Shown here: positions 32,274-45,065 of the stretch, piece by piece | How the letters are laid out: each line of letters opens with the position of its first letter | How positions within the stretch are numbered: the first letter of the stretch is position 1 | Position numbers and translations under genes: made by a program | NCBI GenBank assembly: GCA_963675595.2 | Contig: CAXXLZ010000002.1 | Location: 160,001 to 224,000, forward strand | Reading direction: 5' to 3' | DNA: 64,000 nt | DNA from: Thermodesulfobacteriota bacterium | Lineage (GTDB): Bacteria > Desulfobacterota > Desulfarculia > JACQYL01 | Notes under the pieces: generated by a model | Databases searched by the model: none | Told to the model about the DNA's origin: nothing | The model's input: only the letters and a program-made list of their open reading frames with translations

Positions 32274-35200
32274 TCACCCCCACAAACTCCCCATCTCCTC
32301 CTTCACCTCCCCGAATGCCCTGTTCCTCGCCTCTTTCGCTTTCCGCCCTCTTCCGCTTCCGAGCCACGTCCACAGTTTCGGCTCCTCGGCGCCGGCGATG
32401 CGTTCCACCAGCGGTCCCAGCACGTAGCGCTGCAAATCGGTTTTCACCACGATCTTTTGGGCTCGGTTGCGGAAGCGCACCCCTTTAACCGCCTCCCAGG
32501 GAATGGTGACGGGTTCCAGGGCCAGGTTCACGGTGAGGCCTTCCGGGGTCAGGGCCACGTAGCGTCTGCGGCGTCCGGCGGTGAGTCTGAGGGTGAGCCA
32601 AAGCAGCAGGGCGGGCAGGAACAGCACCACGAGCATGAGCAGGAGTTCCAGGGCGGCCAAAAGGTAGGTCACCACCGCTTCCAGGACCCATTTGACCACG
32701 GTGGGGGCTTGTACGTTCAGGGCCTGGATGTCCCTCAGCACGGGCAGAATCCACAGCTCGGTACCGAACCACAGGAACACGCCTTGCAGGAGCAGGAAGA
32801 AGCCCACCTGAAGCCACAGGGTGCGCGGCGGGGTGTGCACGTACACCTTGCCGGGGGGAACCTCGAAGGGTTCCTCCTTGCCGAAGGCGCGGAACAGGCG
32901 GGCCGAAAACCGTTCCATGACCATGTAGCCCGTGGGCACCACCACGAGAGTGAGAAGGGTGGCGCACCCGATGCCAGCGATGATGACCACGCCCAGGCCT
33001 TCCCACAGTTCGTCCGTGATGGTGAGGGGCACCAGGCCCCCGATGGTGGTCACCGTGGTGGAAATAATGGGGCGCAGCCGCTGCTTGCCGGCGTCGATGA
33101 CGGCCCGGTAGATTTCCATGCCCTGCTTGCGGAACCGGTTGATGCAGTCCACCAGCACGATGGCGTCGTTCACCACGATGCCGGACAAGCCCACTAGGCC
33201 CACAAAGGACATGATGGAAAAGTTGTTGCCGGTGATCCAGAGTCCGGCCACGGCCCCCACCACGCTCAAGGGCAGGGAAATCAAGATGGCGAAGGGCTGG
33301 AAAAAGGAATTGAACTGGGCCACCAGGATGGTGAGGATCAGCAGAAAGGCCACCAGGTAGGCGAGGCGCAGGCTGGCGAAGGATTCCTCGGTTTCTTCCA
33401 CGTCCCCGGCATAGTCGATGGTGTATCCCTCGGGCAGGGTGAGGCCCGCCAGCTTCTTCCTCAGTTCCTCGGTGACCTCCACGGCGGAACGATCCAGGTT
33501 CTGGGCGGTGATGCGCACCACGCGGTCCAGGTTGGAATGCCGGATCACGTTGACGCCCTCCCGAGGTTCCATCTCCGCCATGGAGGATAAATACACCAGG
33601 GACCCGTCGGCGGACCGCACCTTGACTCGATCCAGCATTTCCAGGGCTTGGCGGGACTCCCGCTGAAACCGGATGCTGACGTCGTATTCCTTGCTCGCGT
33701 CGGTTTCGTCCCGAAACTCCTTGGTTTCCAGTCCGGAAATCACGCCCCGCAGGGTGAGGGACAGGTCCTCAAGAGACACCTCCCGCACCGCGGCCTTGGC
33801 CCGGTCCACCTTGACCCGGATTTCCGGAGGCGCGTCGGAAAAGTCGTCCGCCACTTCCACGGCCCCCCGGACGGTCTTCAACGTGGCGACCACCTGCTCC
33901 GTAATCCCGCGGAGCACCGGGATGTCTTCCCCGAACACCTTCACCGTGATGGGAGCCACTCGGGGCGGACCCCATTCGATGGGTCGGAACTTGATTTCCG
34001 CGCCGGGAACCGCGGCGAACAGGGGCCGAAGCCGGGCCTGAATCTCCCGGTGACTCGCACGGCGGTACTCCTTGCCTTCCAACAGTTCGATAGTGATTTC
34101 CGCGTAATTGCTGTTGGTGCCGCTCTGCACCGAAATCTCGTAGGCGCTCTGTCCCCGGCTGCCCACGGTGGCCACCACGCGCACGGCTTCGGGCACGTGG
34201 GTGCGGATGATGTCCTCCACCCGCCGGGCGATGCCGTCCGTGACGTCGATGTCCGTGCCCGGCGGAGCTTCGACGTCGATGTACAGGTAGTCGAAATCCG
34301 CGTCGGGAAACATTTCCACTTCCACGACCTTGGTGCCCAGGAGCGTAAACGCGCCCAGGAGCAGGAGCAGGCAGAGGGCCGCCACTTTGCCGGGATGATT
34401 CAACGCTCGGATGATGATCTTCTCATACAGCCGCTTCATGCGGGCCAGGTCCCGGTCCGCCGCGCGGGGGCCGGCACCGCCGGCCGGGGTCTTGTCCTCT
34501 TTGAGCACCTTCATGAGGATGAGAGGATTGGAGATGAGGGCCACGAACAGGGAGGACAACAGGGCCACGCTGACGGTCTTGGGCATGAAGGCCATCCAGG
34601 CCCCCACGGTGCCCGACATGAGGAGCATGGGCACAAAGGCGGCCACCGTGGTCAGGGTGGCGGATATAACCGGAAGGGCGATTTCGGAGACGCCGTCCAT
34701 CACGGCCCGAATGCGGTCCTTGCCCAAACGGGCGTGGTGGTACACGTTCTCCACCACCACGATGGCGTTGTCCACCAGGATGCCGATGCACAGCACCAGG
34801 CTGAAGCGCACCATGGAGTTGTTGCTCATGCCCATGAGGAACATGACGAAGAAGGACGCGGCCAGGCTCAAGGGAATGGCCAGGGAGGTGAGGAGCGCGT
34901 TGCGAAACCCCATGGCGAAGTAGAGCACGATGATGACCAGGATGAGGCCCGACACCGCGCTGTTGGTCATGAGGTCGAAATCCTGCCGCACGAACTTGGC
35001 CTGGTCCGCGGTGACGAACGTGGTGATGCCCTCGCCGACGCTCTTTTCCAGCTCCGCCAGACGTTCCCTCACCTTGGCGGAAGTCAGCAGGATGTTGGCC
35101 CCGGGTCGTTTCTTCACCGCGATGGACACGGCCGGGCGGCCGTCCACGCGGGAATAGGTGCGGTCTTCCTCGAACCCGTCCCGGATTTCCGCCACCTCGT

Positions 35201-35963
35201 CGAGATACACCACGCGGCCCTGGTACCCGGCCACGGGAATCCTTCGGAAGTCTTGGACCTCCTCCACTTCGGTTTCGCTGCGGATCAGGTACTTGCGGCG
35301 GGATACGGTCATGTCTCCCGCGGGAATGTTCACGTCGGAACCCAAAACCGCTGCGTACAAGTCCAGGATGGTGAGGCCGAAGCGGTCCAGTTTTTCGGGC
35401 ACGGCGTAAATCTGGATTTCGCGGGTCAGTCCCCCGCTGATGACGGTTTCCTGCACTTCCGGGATGCGGTCCAGTTCGTCGGCCATGTCCTCCGCGATGC
35501 GCTTGAGGCGCAGGGGGTGCTGCTCCCCGGACACGGAAACGATCATGAGGGGGATGTCGGAAAAGTCGATCTTTTCCACCACGCTGTCTTCGGCTTCGGC
35601 CGGAAGGTCGTCCCGCGCGTCGGACACCGCGGCTTTCACGTCCTGAATCTTCCGCTCGATGTCCGCTTCCACGTCGAATTCCACCACCACCACGCTCACG
35701 TTTTCACTGCTGGTGGAGCGGATTTCATCCACGTCGTCGAGCTTGTCCAGTTCCTCCTCGATCTTGGTGGTGACCAGCTTTTCCACTTCCTCGGGCGACG
35801 CTCCGGGATACGGAGTCACCACCACGGTGACCGGCACGGTGATCTCCGGGTTACCTTCCTTGGGGATGTAGTTGTAGGCGGCCACGCCGCACACCACGGG
35901 CAGCACGATGGACAGCAGCACGAACAATCTTGCGTATTTCTTGACGAATGTGAGGTAATTCAT
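32274..35963 (-). CDS. RND efflux permease (AcrB/AcrD/AcrF family) with C-terminal extension
   Basis: YPGASPEEVE, GILVDNAIVVVEN, GIVVNDAIVLVD, RLRPIISTT; about 200 extra C-terminal residues. Confidence 0.93.
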   Translation of the reverse strand: MNYLTFVKKYARLFVLLSIVLPVVCGVAAYNYIPKEGNPEITVPVTVVVTPYPGASPEEVEKLVTTKIEEELDKLDDVDEIRSTSSENVSVVVVEFDVEADIERKIQDVKAAVSDARDDLPAEAEDSVVEKIDFSDIPLMIVSVSGEQHPLRLKRIAEDMADELDRIPEVQETVISGGLTREIQIYAVPEKLDRFGLTILDLYAAVLGSDVNIPAGDMTVSRRKYLIRSETEVEEVQDFRRIPVAGYQGRVVYLDEVAEIRDGFEEDRTYSRVDGRPAVSIAVKKRPGANILLTSAKVRERLAELEKSVGEGITTFVTADQAKFVRQDFDLMTNSAVSGLILVIIVLYFAMGFRNALLTSLAIPLSLAASFFVMFLMGMSNNSMVRFSLVLCIGILVDNAIVVVENVYHHARLGKDRIRAVMDGVSEIALPVISATLTTVAAFVPMLLMSGTVGAWMAFMPKTVSVALLSSLFVALISNPLILMKVLKEDKTPAGGAGPRAADRDLARMKRLYEKIIIRALNHPGKVAALCLLLLLGAFTLLGTKVVEVEMFPDADFDYLYIDVEAPPGTDIDVTDGIARRVEDIIRTHVPEAVRVVATVGSRGQSAYEISVQSGTNSNYAEITIELLEGKEYRRASHREIQARLRPLFAAVPGAEIKFRPIEWGPPRVAPITVKVFGEDIPVLRGITEQVVATLKTVRGAVEVADDFSDAPPEIRVKVDRAKAAVREVSLEDLSLTLRGVISGLETKEFRDETDASKEYDVSIRFQRESRQALEMLDRVKVRSADGSLVYLSSMAEMEPREGVNVIRHSNLDRVVRITAQNLDRSAVEVTEELRKKLAGLTLPEGYTIDYAGDVEETEESFASLRLAYLVAFLLILTILVAQFNSFFQPFAILISLPLSVVGAVAGLWITGNNFSIMSFVGLVGLSGIVVNDAIVLVDCINRFRKQGMEIYRAVIDAGKQRLRPIISTTVTTIGGLVPLTITDELWEGLGVVIIAGIGCATLLTLVVVPTGYMVMERFSARLFRAFGKEEPFEVPPGKVYVHTPPRTLWLQVGFFLLLQGVFLWFGTELWILPVLRDIQALNVQAPTVVKWVLEAVVTYLLAALELLLMLVVLFLPALLLWLTLRLTAGRRRRYVALTPEGLTVNLALEPVTIPWEAVKGVRFRNRAQKIVVKTDLQRYVLGPLVERIAGAEEPKLWTWLGSGRGRKAKEARNRAFGEVKEEMGSLWG

Positions 35964-36003
35964 GGGAATCGACCGAGGTGAGAGGGATTGGTATTTGGTG
36001 TAT

Positions 36004-36097
36004 ATTCACGGGGTAGGCGGGGAAACCTTTTGAAAAAGGTTTCCCCGCATCCCATCCAAAACTTCTTGAGCGGGTTGCTCGCTTTCGCGTCGCAACC
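36004..36097. repeat. Palindromic repeat family 2 (ATTCAC end)
   Basis: ATTCACGGGGTAGGCGGGGAAACCTTTTGAAAAAGGTTTCCCCGC; close to the reverse complement of 17727-17820. Confidence 0.8.
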
Positions 36098-36156
36098 AAG
36101 GTGAGGGGCCTTCAGGAGAACGATTGCCGGACGCATCAGGAACGGCCCGCCCTCCG

Positions 36157-38454
36157 TTATTCCGAGACCTCGATCCCCACCCAGTCAAAATACAGGGAAT
36201 CACCGTCCACAGTGCCGTTCCTCTTGAGGTCCACGGCGAAGTAAAAGGCGTGAGAACCGGGAGAAAGGCCCGAAAGCTCCAGAATCTCCGTCTTGTCGAA
36301 GTTGAACAGCGGCCCCTGATGGGTGGGGGTCAAACCGGGAATCAGCCCGGCCGAACTCAGGTCCAGATGCCTGAGGGTCCCGTCGGGAGATGCGTGCACG
36401 ACCCACCAGTCGGCGTTCTGTTCCAGGTCTTTGCCTGCTGAAAAGGAAACGCTGAGCGCGACCTTCCCGTCCGAGCTTAGGAATACCGGTCCGTCCGAAT
36501 CGCCGGCCTTGATGTCGGGCGACGGGGTCGCGGCTTCGATGATGTCGGCGAGTTCGCTCCTCGCCTGCTCCCAGACGTCGGGGTCCACGGACCAGCTGAT
36601 GTCCGTCAGCACCCACGTGGGGTCGGACGGGTCGGACACCCCCACTTCCCACAGGACGCGGGGAACGATGCGATCCACGATGTCGGCGGTGCGCGCCGGG
36701 TCGGCGGCCGCCGCCTCGGTGAGATAATCCACGTCTTGAATTCCGCGCCTCCACAGCTTGAGACGCAGCGAAGCGAAAGGACCGGGCACGCCGTGGCTGT
36801 CGGCCGGATATCTCATGTCCGTGCCGGGATACAACAGCACTCCGTCGCCGTTCACGTAGTTCCAGCCCGTTTCCCCCAATTCATCGTCCACCCGGTCAAA
36901 GGACCCGTAGGTTTGCGCCTTTTGGAAAACGTTGGTTTCTCCCATGTCGCCCTGGTAATTGTCGTAGTACGTGGATTCCCAGTAGAACCAGCGGTCGATG
37001 TTCTTCTTGTAGTGGGACCAGGCGAGCACTCGCGGCGACACCCCGTCGTCCTCCACGGCGAAGCTTCCAATCGCCGGACGCGAGCCGTTGTACAGATACA
37101 GCCGTTCGGCGGGGTCCGACGCAACGGCGTCCGCGGCGTCCCGCCAGACGTCCGTGATGCCGATCCCCGCCCAGGAGGCCGTGATGTCCAAAGAAGGAAT
37201 TTCGGTCAACCGAGTGGGCAGGTCCACGGTGGCCATGGACATGAGGCGACGGCCGGGACCGGGATTTTCGTCCATCCATCGGGCCCACTGCTCGGTTTGA
37301 GCATAGTCGTCGGACTCATCGATCAAATACAGGAAGTACTCGGTATAGGCGCCGAAGTCGTGGGCGTCGAACCAGTTCACCCAAAGATCGGTTTGGGTCC
37401 ACATGTCTTGTCGAGAACCGTCCCGCCACGGCCAGGAACCGTAGGTGCCGATGGAAAAGACGTTGTTTCCGACGCCCGCGCCGGGACCGGAATACCCTCG
37501 CGATTCCGTGAAGAGCCCACCGTTCAGCCGGTCGATCCAACGATCGTCGATGTCGGCAACCTCCGCGTACCAGCCGTCGATGAGGGACACCTTGTGCCTG
37601 TGCGCCAGTTGGAAATGCACGTCCTCGAGATCGAGAGACCGGTCGTACGTGTCCGTGCCCACATCCGGATAGGGATCGCCCAAATACCGATCGTTGATGT
37701 TCTCCATGCTGTAGTACACCATGGTTTTGGCGCTCGGCAGATCCGGCAGAGCAAAATCTCGCACCGTGAGTTCAACGGGAACGGTACGCACGGACCCGTT
37801 CGCTCGGATCGTCAGGTCGCCCGAGTACAAACCGGGGTGCGACGACTTGGGGATGTAGACGTCCACCCACAGGCTCTGGTTTTGACCTTGGGAAATGTCG
37901 AAGGAGGGAACGAGTTCCAGGGGAACGGCGATTTCGGGATAGAATTTGTCGTGATCGGGACGATCCTCCCAACTTCCCGAGCCCTCCCCTTCACCGGTCC
38001 AGGGTCGCCGAAACCTTTGGGGAATATGCCGTTCATCGTAATGATCGTAAAAAATGTCGGTGCTGAGCCCTCTGATTTCCAGGTAACGAACGTAAAAAAG
38101 CTCGATGTTTCGATGCACCCAGGTGAACACCTCATCACCCGGCACGGGAATGGAACCGATGACGGCCCCGCCCGGTCCCCGCAAAGCGTCGAAGGTCGCG
38201 GAAACGTCTTCAACACGGGCCGTGGGCGCTTCCAGGATCACAACGAAGGCGACCACCTCGTTGCGCGCCCCGAAGACGCTGATCTTCTCCCCGTCCCACA
38301 CGCTGTTGAGGGTGTTTTCGGGGTGTTCCGTCGCCCGCAGTTCCTCGCGTGCGACCTTGTCTCCTCCTTCATTGGCCCATAGGACGATCTCCGCGGGTGC
38401 GGAGGACACCGACGCGAACAACAGCCCAAAGAAGAAAAAGATGATGGAACGCAT
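36157..38454 (-). CDS. Secreted DUF4091/GH123-like glycoside hydrolase-type protein
   Basis: Signal peptide; [55 protein letters not shown]; RBS AAGGAG. Confidence 0.8.
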   Translation of the reverse strand: MRSIIFFFFGLLFASVSSAPAEIVLWANEGGDKVAREELRATEHPENTLNSVWDGEKISVFGARNEVVAFVVILEAPTARVEDVSATFDALRGPGGAVIGSIPVPGDEVFTWVHRNIELFYVRYLEIRGLSTDIFYDHYDERHIPQRFRRPWTGEGEGSGSWEDRPDHDKFYPEIAVPLELVPSFDISQGQNQSLWVDVYIPKSSHPGLYSGDLTIRANGSVRTVPVELTVRDFALPDLPSAKTMVYYSMENINDRYLGDPYPDVGTDTYDRSLDLEDVHFQLAHRHKVSLIDGWYAEVADIDDRWIDRLNGGLFTESRGYSGPGAGVGNNVFSIGTYGSWPWRDGSRQDMWTQTDLWVNWFDAHDFGAYTEYFLYLIDESDDYAQTEQWARWMDENPGPGRRLMSMATVDLPTRLTEIPSLDITASWAGIGITDVWRDAADAVASDPAERLYLYNGSRPAIGSFAVEDDGVSPRVLAWSHYKKNIDRWFYWESTYYDNYQGDMGETNVFQKAQTYGSFDRVDDELGETGWNYVNGDGVLLYPGTDMRYPADSHGVPGPFASLRLKLWRRGIQDVDYLTEAAAADPARTADIVDRIVPRVLWEVGVSDPSDPTWVLTDISWSVDPDVWEQARSELADIIEAATPSPDIKAGDSDGPVFLSSDGKVALSVSFSAGKDLEQNADWWVVHASPDGTLRHLDLSSAGLIPGLTPTHQGPLFNFDKTEILELSGLSPGSHAFYFAVDLKRNGTVDGDSLYFDWVGIEVSE

Positions 38455-38481
38455 GCGCTCCTCCTTGACCGCACAGGCCTT

Positions 38482-40505
<2,024 letters not shown>

Positions 40506-40509
40506 AAAC

Positions 40510-40822
40510 ATTCACGGGGGAGGACTTTCGGGAAAGTCCTCCCCCAGGCCCCCTCCCAAAGCAGGTTGGACAGGCCCCACCGCCTCCGGCGGAGAGGCTG
40601 CTGAAAAATTCAGGTTTCTCACTCATTCCCAACGTTCCCTACATCTGCTGAATCGGCAAAGATGCTCCCAAGTTCGGCTTCGTCCCGGAAGGGACGGACC
40701 TCCGTTTCGCCCTTGCGAATCGCGTACGCGATTCGCAGAAGCGCAACGGGGGTCCGGGGGGCCATGGGTCCCCCGGCGGGGGGTGCGGGGGATGACGTCC
40801 CCCTGCGGCGCACCCCGTGAAT
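40510..40822. repeat. MITE-like repeat family 1 with both ends (ATTCACGGGG...CCCCGTGAAT)
   Basis: 10-bp terminal inverted repeats; first 210 bp align to 18360-18572; right part GGGGGTCCGGGGG..CCCCCGG resembles 13171-13200. Confidence 0.85.
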
Positions 40823-40832
40823 CAGAACAAAA

Positions 40833-41924
40833 TCAGGAATCGGTTTGCAGACGGGGACGGGACCCGTCTTTCAAATAGTGTTGCCCCTCGATGATGAGGC
40901 GTTCGTCGGAACGCAGTCCCGACACGATGCGAATCCAATCCTCGTAGGGGCTTCCGAGAACCACCTCGCGTTCCCGGGCCACGTCCTCGGGATCCAGCAC
41001 GAACACCAGGGTCTTGCCCTTACGGTAGAGCACGGCGTTCTGCGGGACCAGGAGCGCATCCTTCATTTCCCGCCGCACAAAGCTCACTTCGGCGCTCATG
41101 CCGGCTTTGAGCCTTCCATCGGTATTGGGCAGGCGGATTTCCACTTCGAAGGTGTTGGTCTTGGGATCCGCTTCCACCGCCAACCGGTGCACCACACCCT
41201 GCAGGTCTTCTTCCGGGAAGGCGTCCACGCGCACATCCACCGTGCCTCCGGCGGTCAACGCGGTGTAGTCCCGTTCATTGACAAATATGCGAATCTCGAT
41301 GGGAGAGAGGCTCACCAGGCGGAAAAGAGGTTCGCCCGGTTCCACGTTGTCCCCGACCTCCACGAAACGCCGGGAAACCAAACCCTTTAGTGGACTTTGT
41401 ACGCGGGTTTTGGCGAGCTGTTCCTCCGCCGAGTCGAGGAGCACCCGCACGCGTTCCACTTCGGCCTGTGCCGCCAGGGCCTCCCCTTCCACGTCGTCCG
41501 CACGCTGTTGGGCCACGGCTTGCCTGGGAAGCAACTCCTTCATGCGTTCATGGCTTCTGAGGGCCGTATCCCGGCGCACCCGGGCCAGTTTGAGGGCGGA
41601 CTTCGCCTCGGCCGCGGCCAGCCGGTAGTCCGTGTCGTCGATGCTAGCGATGAGTTCGCCCTCGGACACCCGGTCTCCCATATCCTTGAGCAGGCGCTGC
41701 ACCAGCCCTCGAATCCTGGCCTCCACCGTAACGGTGGACGAGGGTTCCGTGGCGCCCACGTAACGCACCGGGATGAACACATCCTCCGGTTTCAGGATCA
41801 TGGTGCGGACCACGGGCCGCTCCTCGGCGGGTTGGGCCTGCCCCGTGGATTCCCCGTTGCAGGCGCACAAAAGGGCCGTGAGGCTCCAGACCCCAAGCAG
41901 CGTGATCAGGATTCGCCTGTACAT
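40833..41924 (-). CDS. RND efflux periplasmic adaptor (MFP)
   Basis: Lipoprotein-like signal (LLCAC), GDRVSEGELI, SPLKGLV, LKAGMSA, VPQNAV, GL...LIIEG; start uncertain (41924 or 41990). Confidence 0.9.
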   Translation of the reverse strand: MYRRILITLLGVWSLTALLCACNGESTGQAQPAEERPVVRTMILKPEDVFIPVRYVGATEPSSTVTVEARIRGLVQRLLKDMGDRVSEGELIASIDDTDYRLAAAEAKSALKLARVRRDTALRSHERMKELLPRQAVAQQRADDVEGEALAAQAEVERVRVLLDSAEEQLAKTRVQSPLKGLVSRRFVEVGDNVEPGEPLFRLVSLSPIEIRIFVNERDYTALTAGGTVDVRVDAFPEEDLQGVVHRLAVEADPKTNTFEVEIRLPNTDGRLKAGMSAEVSFVRREMKDALLVPQNAVLYRKGKTLVFVLDPEDVAREREVVLGSPYEDWIRIVSGLRSDERLIIEGQHYLKDGSRPRLQTDS

Positions 41925-41988
41925 GAACAGCTCCGTCCAACCTAAAACGCTCGGATGAGTGAAGAGAACAACAAGATGCGGCGTATCC

Positions 41989-42621
41989 ATTCACGAAGTA
42001 TCCGGGACAACCTTTTAGAAAAGGTTTTCCCGGCCCCTTTCCCAAACCCTTTAAGCCTGTTGCTCCCTCACGCGTCGCAACCGGGGTCGTGGGGTCTCCA
42101 TGCGCGGTTGCCGGGTCCTAACACCCGGAATCTTCGACGAGGTCGTCGCGATTTGAATGCTTTGAATCGGCAAAGAGGTTCACCGGTTCCCGGCGCCCCT
42201 ATGAACAAGCACGATACGCCTAAGCTCGCTCTCGCTTATCATTAAGTCGGTCGCTTTTCAAAAGGAATCTTCTGGAAAACCGGGAAGGGATTTTCCGGAG
42301 GGGAAAAGATGTTGGTGTTCATTCACAGGGGGGACTACATCATGGGGGACACGAGGGCGGGCACTAGGGCCCGCCCCCACGAATCCCGGATTCCGATTCA
42401 GGAAGCGGATTCTCGTTGGGCGGGGCATGCCTGCAGAGGGTGTTCGGAGATCGACCGAGACTACGACGCGTCTTAGGGCTTCTCTGTATGCCTCACTGAG
42501 ATTCCTTGGCGGCGAGAGCCTCTCCGCCGGAGGCGGTGAGACCTGTCCAACATGCTTTGAGGGGGGGGGGCGGGGGAGGACTTTCCCGAAAGTCCTCCCC
42601 CGCGAACGCCTACCTGTGAAC
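41989..42621. repeat. Cluster of palindromic repeats (family 2 copy, REP hairpin, inverted family 1 end)
   Basis: ATTCAC ends at 41989 and 42321, GTGAAC end at 42616; GGGGGAGGACTTTCCCGAAAGTCCTCCCCC near 42572-42601. Confidence 0.75.
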
Positions 42622-42693
42622 AACCACAAATAACGTAAGCCTCAGTGACGGGGAAAGAAGTGCATGCCGCGGATCGGAGCTTTCGCCGACCCG

Positions 42694-44736
42694 TTAAAGA
42701 CTCGTTTCGTAGGCCAAGGACACCGATCCGAGAATAACGCCCCCGTCGCACACTCCCATAATCGCGCCCGCCCCCGTGGCATACGAGATCCATCCGAGGA
42801 TGCATCCCGAGTTCAGCAGGCTGTTGTCCAGGTCGAGACCGTCGGACACGTCCGGGTCCAGGAACGCGTGAAGCACGCCTCCCGTCATGACGACCATAAG
42901 ACAGGACCCCGTCTCATACGCCTGGACATAGCATTTGGTGGCGCCTTCCGCATCCTGCCAGATGCCGTTTTGGGGGACGCCGGCCAAGGTTGTGGAGGAT
43001 TCCCGATACTTCAAAGACACATTGGACACCAACGCCGTGCCCGCGGCCACCCAGGACAAGACCCCCTGCTCGTCATCCGTGAGTTCCAGCCGCACTTCCG
43101 CCGCTTGGCCGAAGATGTCCGACGACACGCTGAACCCGTCGCCATAGTCGGAATCCAGAAAAAGATTCAAGGTGTCGCCATAGAGAATCACCATGACGGC
43201 GGAACCGGAGGCGTATTTCTGCAGATAGAATTTCAGGGATTCGTCCTCGGACACCCAGATGCCCGAGGCGCTCAGGGACGACCCTCCCGCGGACGCTTCC
43301 AGGAGGTCCAAAGCGTCGTCCACGCGAATTCTGGGCACCGATACGGAGGAAAAACCGCGCTTTAACGGCTTTCCCGAATCCTTCAGCGCGTTGACCAGTT
43401 CGTCCACGGAAGCGTCCGGGGCTTTTTCCCGAAGTACGGCCAGAGCGCCGGCCACGTGTGGAGCCGCCATGGACGTTCCGTCCCAAGTCTGGTACCCGCC
43501 CGACGGCACGGAGGACCGGATGCTGGAACCGGGTGCAAGCAAATCCACGGTATCCGCGATATTGGAGTAGGACGCCACCTGATCCGCGTCGGTGGATGCG
43601 CCCACGGCCACCGCCGTGGAAACGCACGCGGGGTAGGAAATGGCTGCGTTGTGGCTTTCATTGCCTGAAGCCACCACAACGGCGATGCCCGCATTGTGAA
43701 GCAGGTCCATGATCGCTTTGGTTGAGTGATACCGTCCGTCGCAGTGGTCGGCGTAGGCCTCTCCTCCCAGACTCAGGTTCACCGCGGCCACATTATAGGA
43801 GTCACGCCATTTGTACACTTGTTCCAGGCCCAGGATGATGTCCGAGTACGTTGCACTGATGCATTGCGAATCGCCGTCGCAGAGGACGTCATTTTCTATG
43901 AGGGAAAAGACCTGGATGGAAATCAGGTTCGCGTCCGGGGCGACTCCGTACAACCCGCCGGTGTTGCCCGCGGCGATCCCCGCCACGTGCGTGCCGTGGC
44001 CGCAACCGTCATACCTCGTGGAACAATTTTCGCCCGCGCCGCTTCCCACCTGGGAGGACTTGCCGTTGGGACACAACGAGGTGATCCCCCACGTGGAATC
44101 ACGAGACGAAAAGCAGGCCTCCGCCAACACTTTGTCTTTCAAAAAAGGATGATTCGAGGCGACGCCGGTGTCGAGCACCGCCACGGTGAAGTTCTTCCCC
44201 GTGTATCCCAAGTCCCTGGCCGTGTCCCCTCCGATGAGCGGAACGGAGCTTTCCAGAGAAGGGCGGGCCAGACCGTCCTCTTCGATGCTCACAACACGAG
44301 GGTCGTTGGTGAGGGTGTCCAAAACCGACTCATCGGCGCTCAACGCCGAAAAAGGAATATATTCGAAACGTTTGACCCCTTCACGACTTCGAAGGGGAAG
44401 GTCCTGAAGCACGGCTTCTCCGCCTTCTCTGATGGCGCGGCGGCGAAGCTCCACCGGGTCTTCGTCGGCCGTCTGCAACGACGTGGTGGAAGCGTCGAAC
44501 TGAAAGATCAGCCGAACCGAGCCTTCCGAACGCGCTTTGGCATACAAAGAGGCCGCCTGAAGCGACTTGGCTTCATACCGCGTCAGGGAATCGGTGGTGA
44601 ACGATGCGTCCGCAAGGGCGTAATTCAGGGGGGCCGCCAAGATGAGGAGAAGAAGGACCGGACACAAAAAGCGTACCCCGTTTCTCAGGAGTCCGCCGGC
44701 AAGAATCTTTTGAGTAAAACGCAAAAGAGGAAACAT
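42694..44736 (-). CDS. Secreted S8 (subtilisin-family) serine peptidase
   Basis: VAVLDTG, HGTHVAG, GTSMAAPHVAG; I9-like prodomain; two tandem C-terminal repeats (SGIW.../NGIW...); start uncertain. Confidence 0.92.
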   Translation of the reverse strand: MFPLLRFTQKILAGGLLRNGVRFLCPVLLLLILAAPLNYALADASFTTDSLTRYEAKSLQAASLYAKARSEGSVRLIFQFDASTTSLQTADEDPVELRRRAIREGGEAVLQDLPLRSREGVKRFEYIPFSALSADESVLDTLTNDPRVVSIEEDGLARPSLESSVPLIGGDTARDLGYTGKNFTVAVLDTGVASNHPFLKDKVLAEACFSSRDSTWGITSLCPNGKSSQVGSGAGENCSTRYDGCGHGTHVAGIAAGNTGGLYGVAPDANLISIQVFSLIENDVLCDGDSQCISATYSDIILGLEQVYKWRDSYNVAAVNLSLGGEAYADHCDGRYHSTKAIMDLLHNAGIAVVVASGNESHNAAISYPACVSTAVAVGASTDADQVASYSNIADTVDLLAPGSSIRSSVPSGGYQTWDGTSMAAPHVAGALAVLREKAPDASVDELVNALKDSGKPLKRGFSSVSVPRIRVDDALDLLEASAGGSSLSASGIWVSEDESLKFYLQKYASGSAVMVILYGDTLNLFLDSDYGDGFSVSSDIFGQAAEVRLELTDDEQGVLSWVAAGTALVSNVSLKYRESSTTLAGVPQNGIWQDAEGATKCYVQAYETGSCLMVVMTGGVLHAFLDPDVSDGLDLDNSLLNSGCILGWISYATGAGAIMGVCDGGVILGSVSLAYETSL

Positions 44737-45065
44737 GACGCGATTCCTCGCTGTAAATGGGGTTGGTTGGCCAAGTCTTCGGAGGACGCCGGCGCCCACC
44801 GACGACTGTACTACATGATCATGCAATATGCTACCCCGACTCCCTTCCTCACTGCAACCCCTTTCTTTTGAGTTAAAAAAAATTCACAAACCGGTAATAC
44901 AAAAGCCCGTACAAGACGTCCGGGCCTCCCTCACCGGAGACATGGGCGTCGATCTGCGGGAAAACGGGATTGGGGAAACGCCGCCGAACGCGGCGTTCGG
45001 GTATCCGGCGGGGGCCCGCGGCGGAAAACGCAAGACCCGCCGCCGAGAAGACGGGAGATTCGCCG

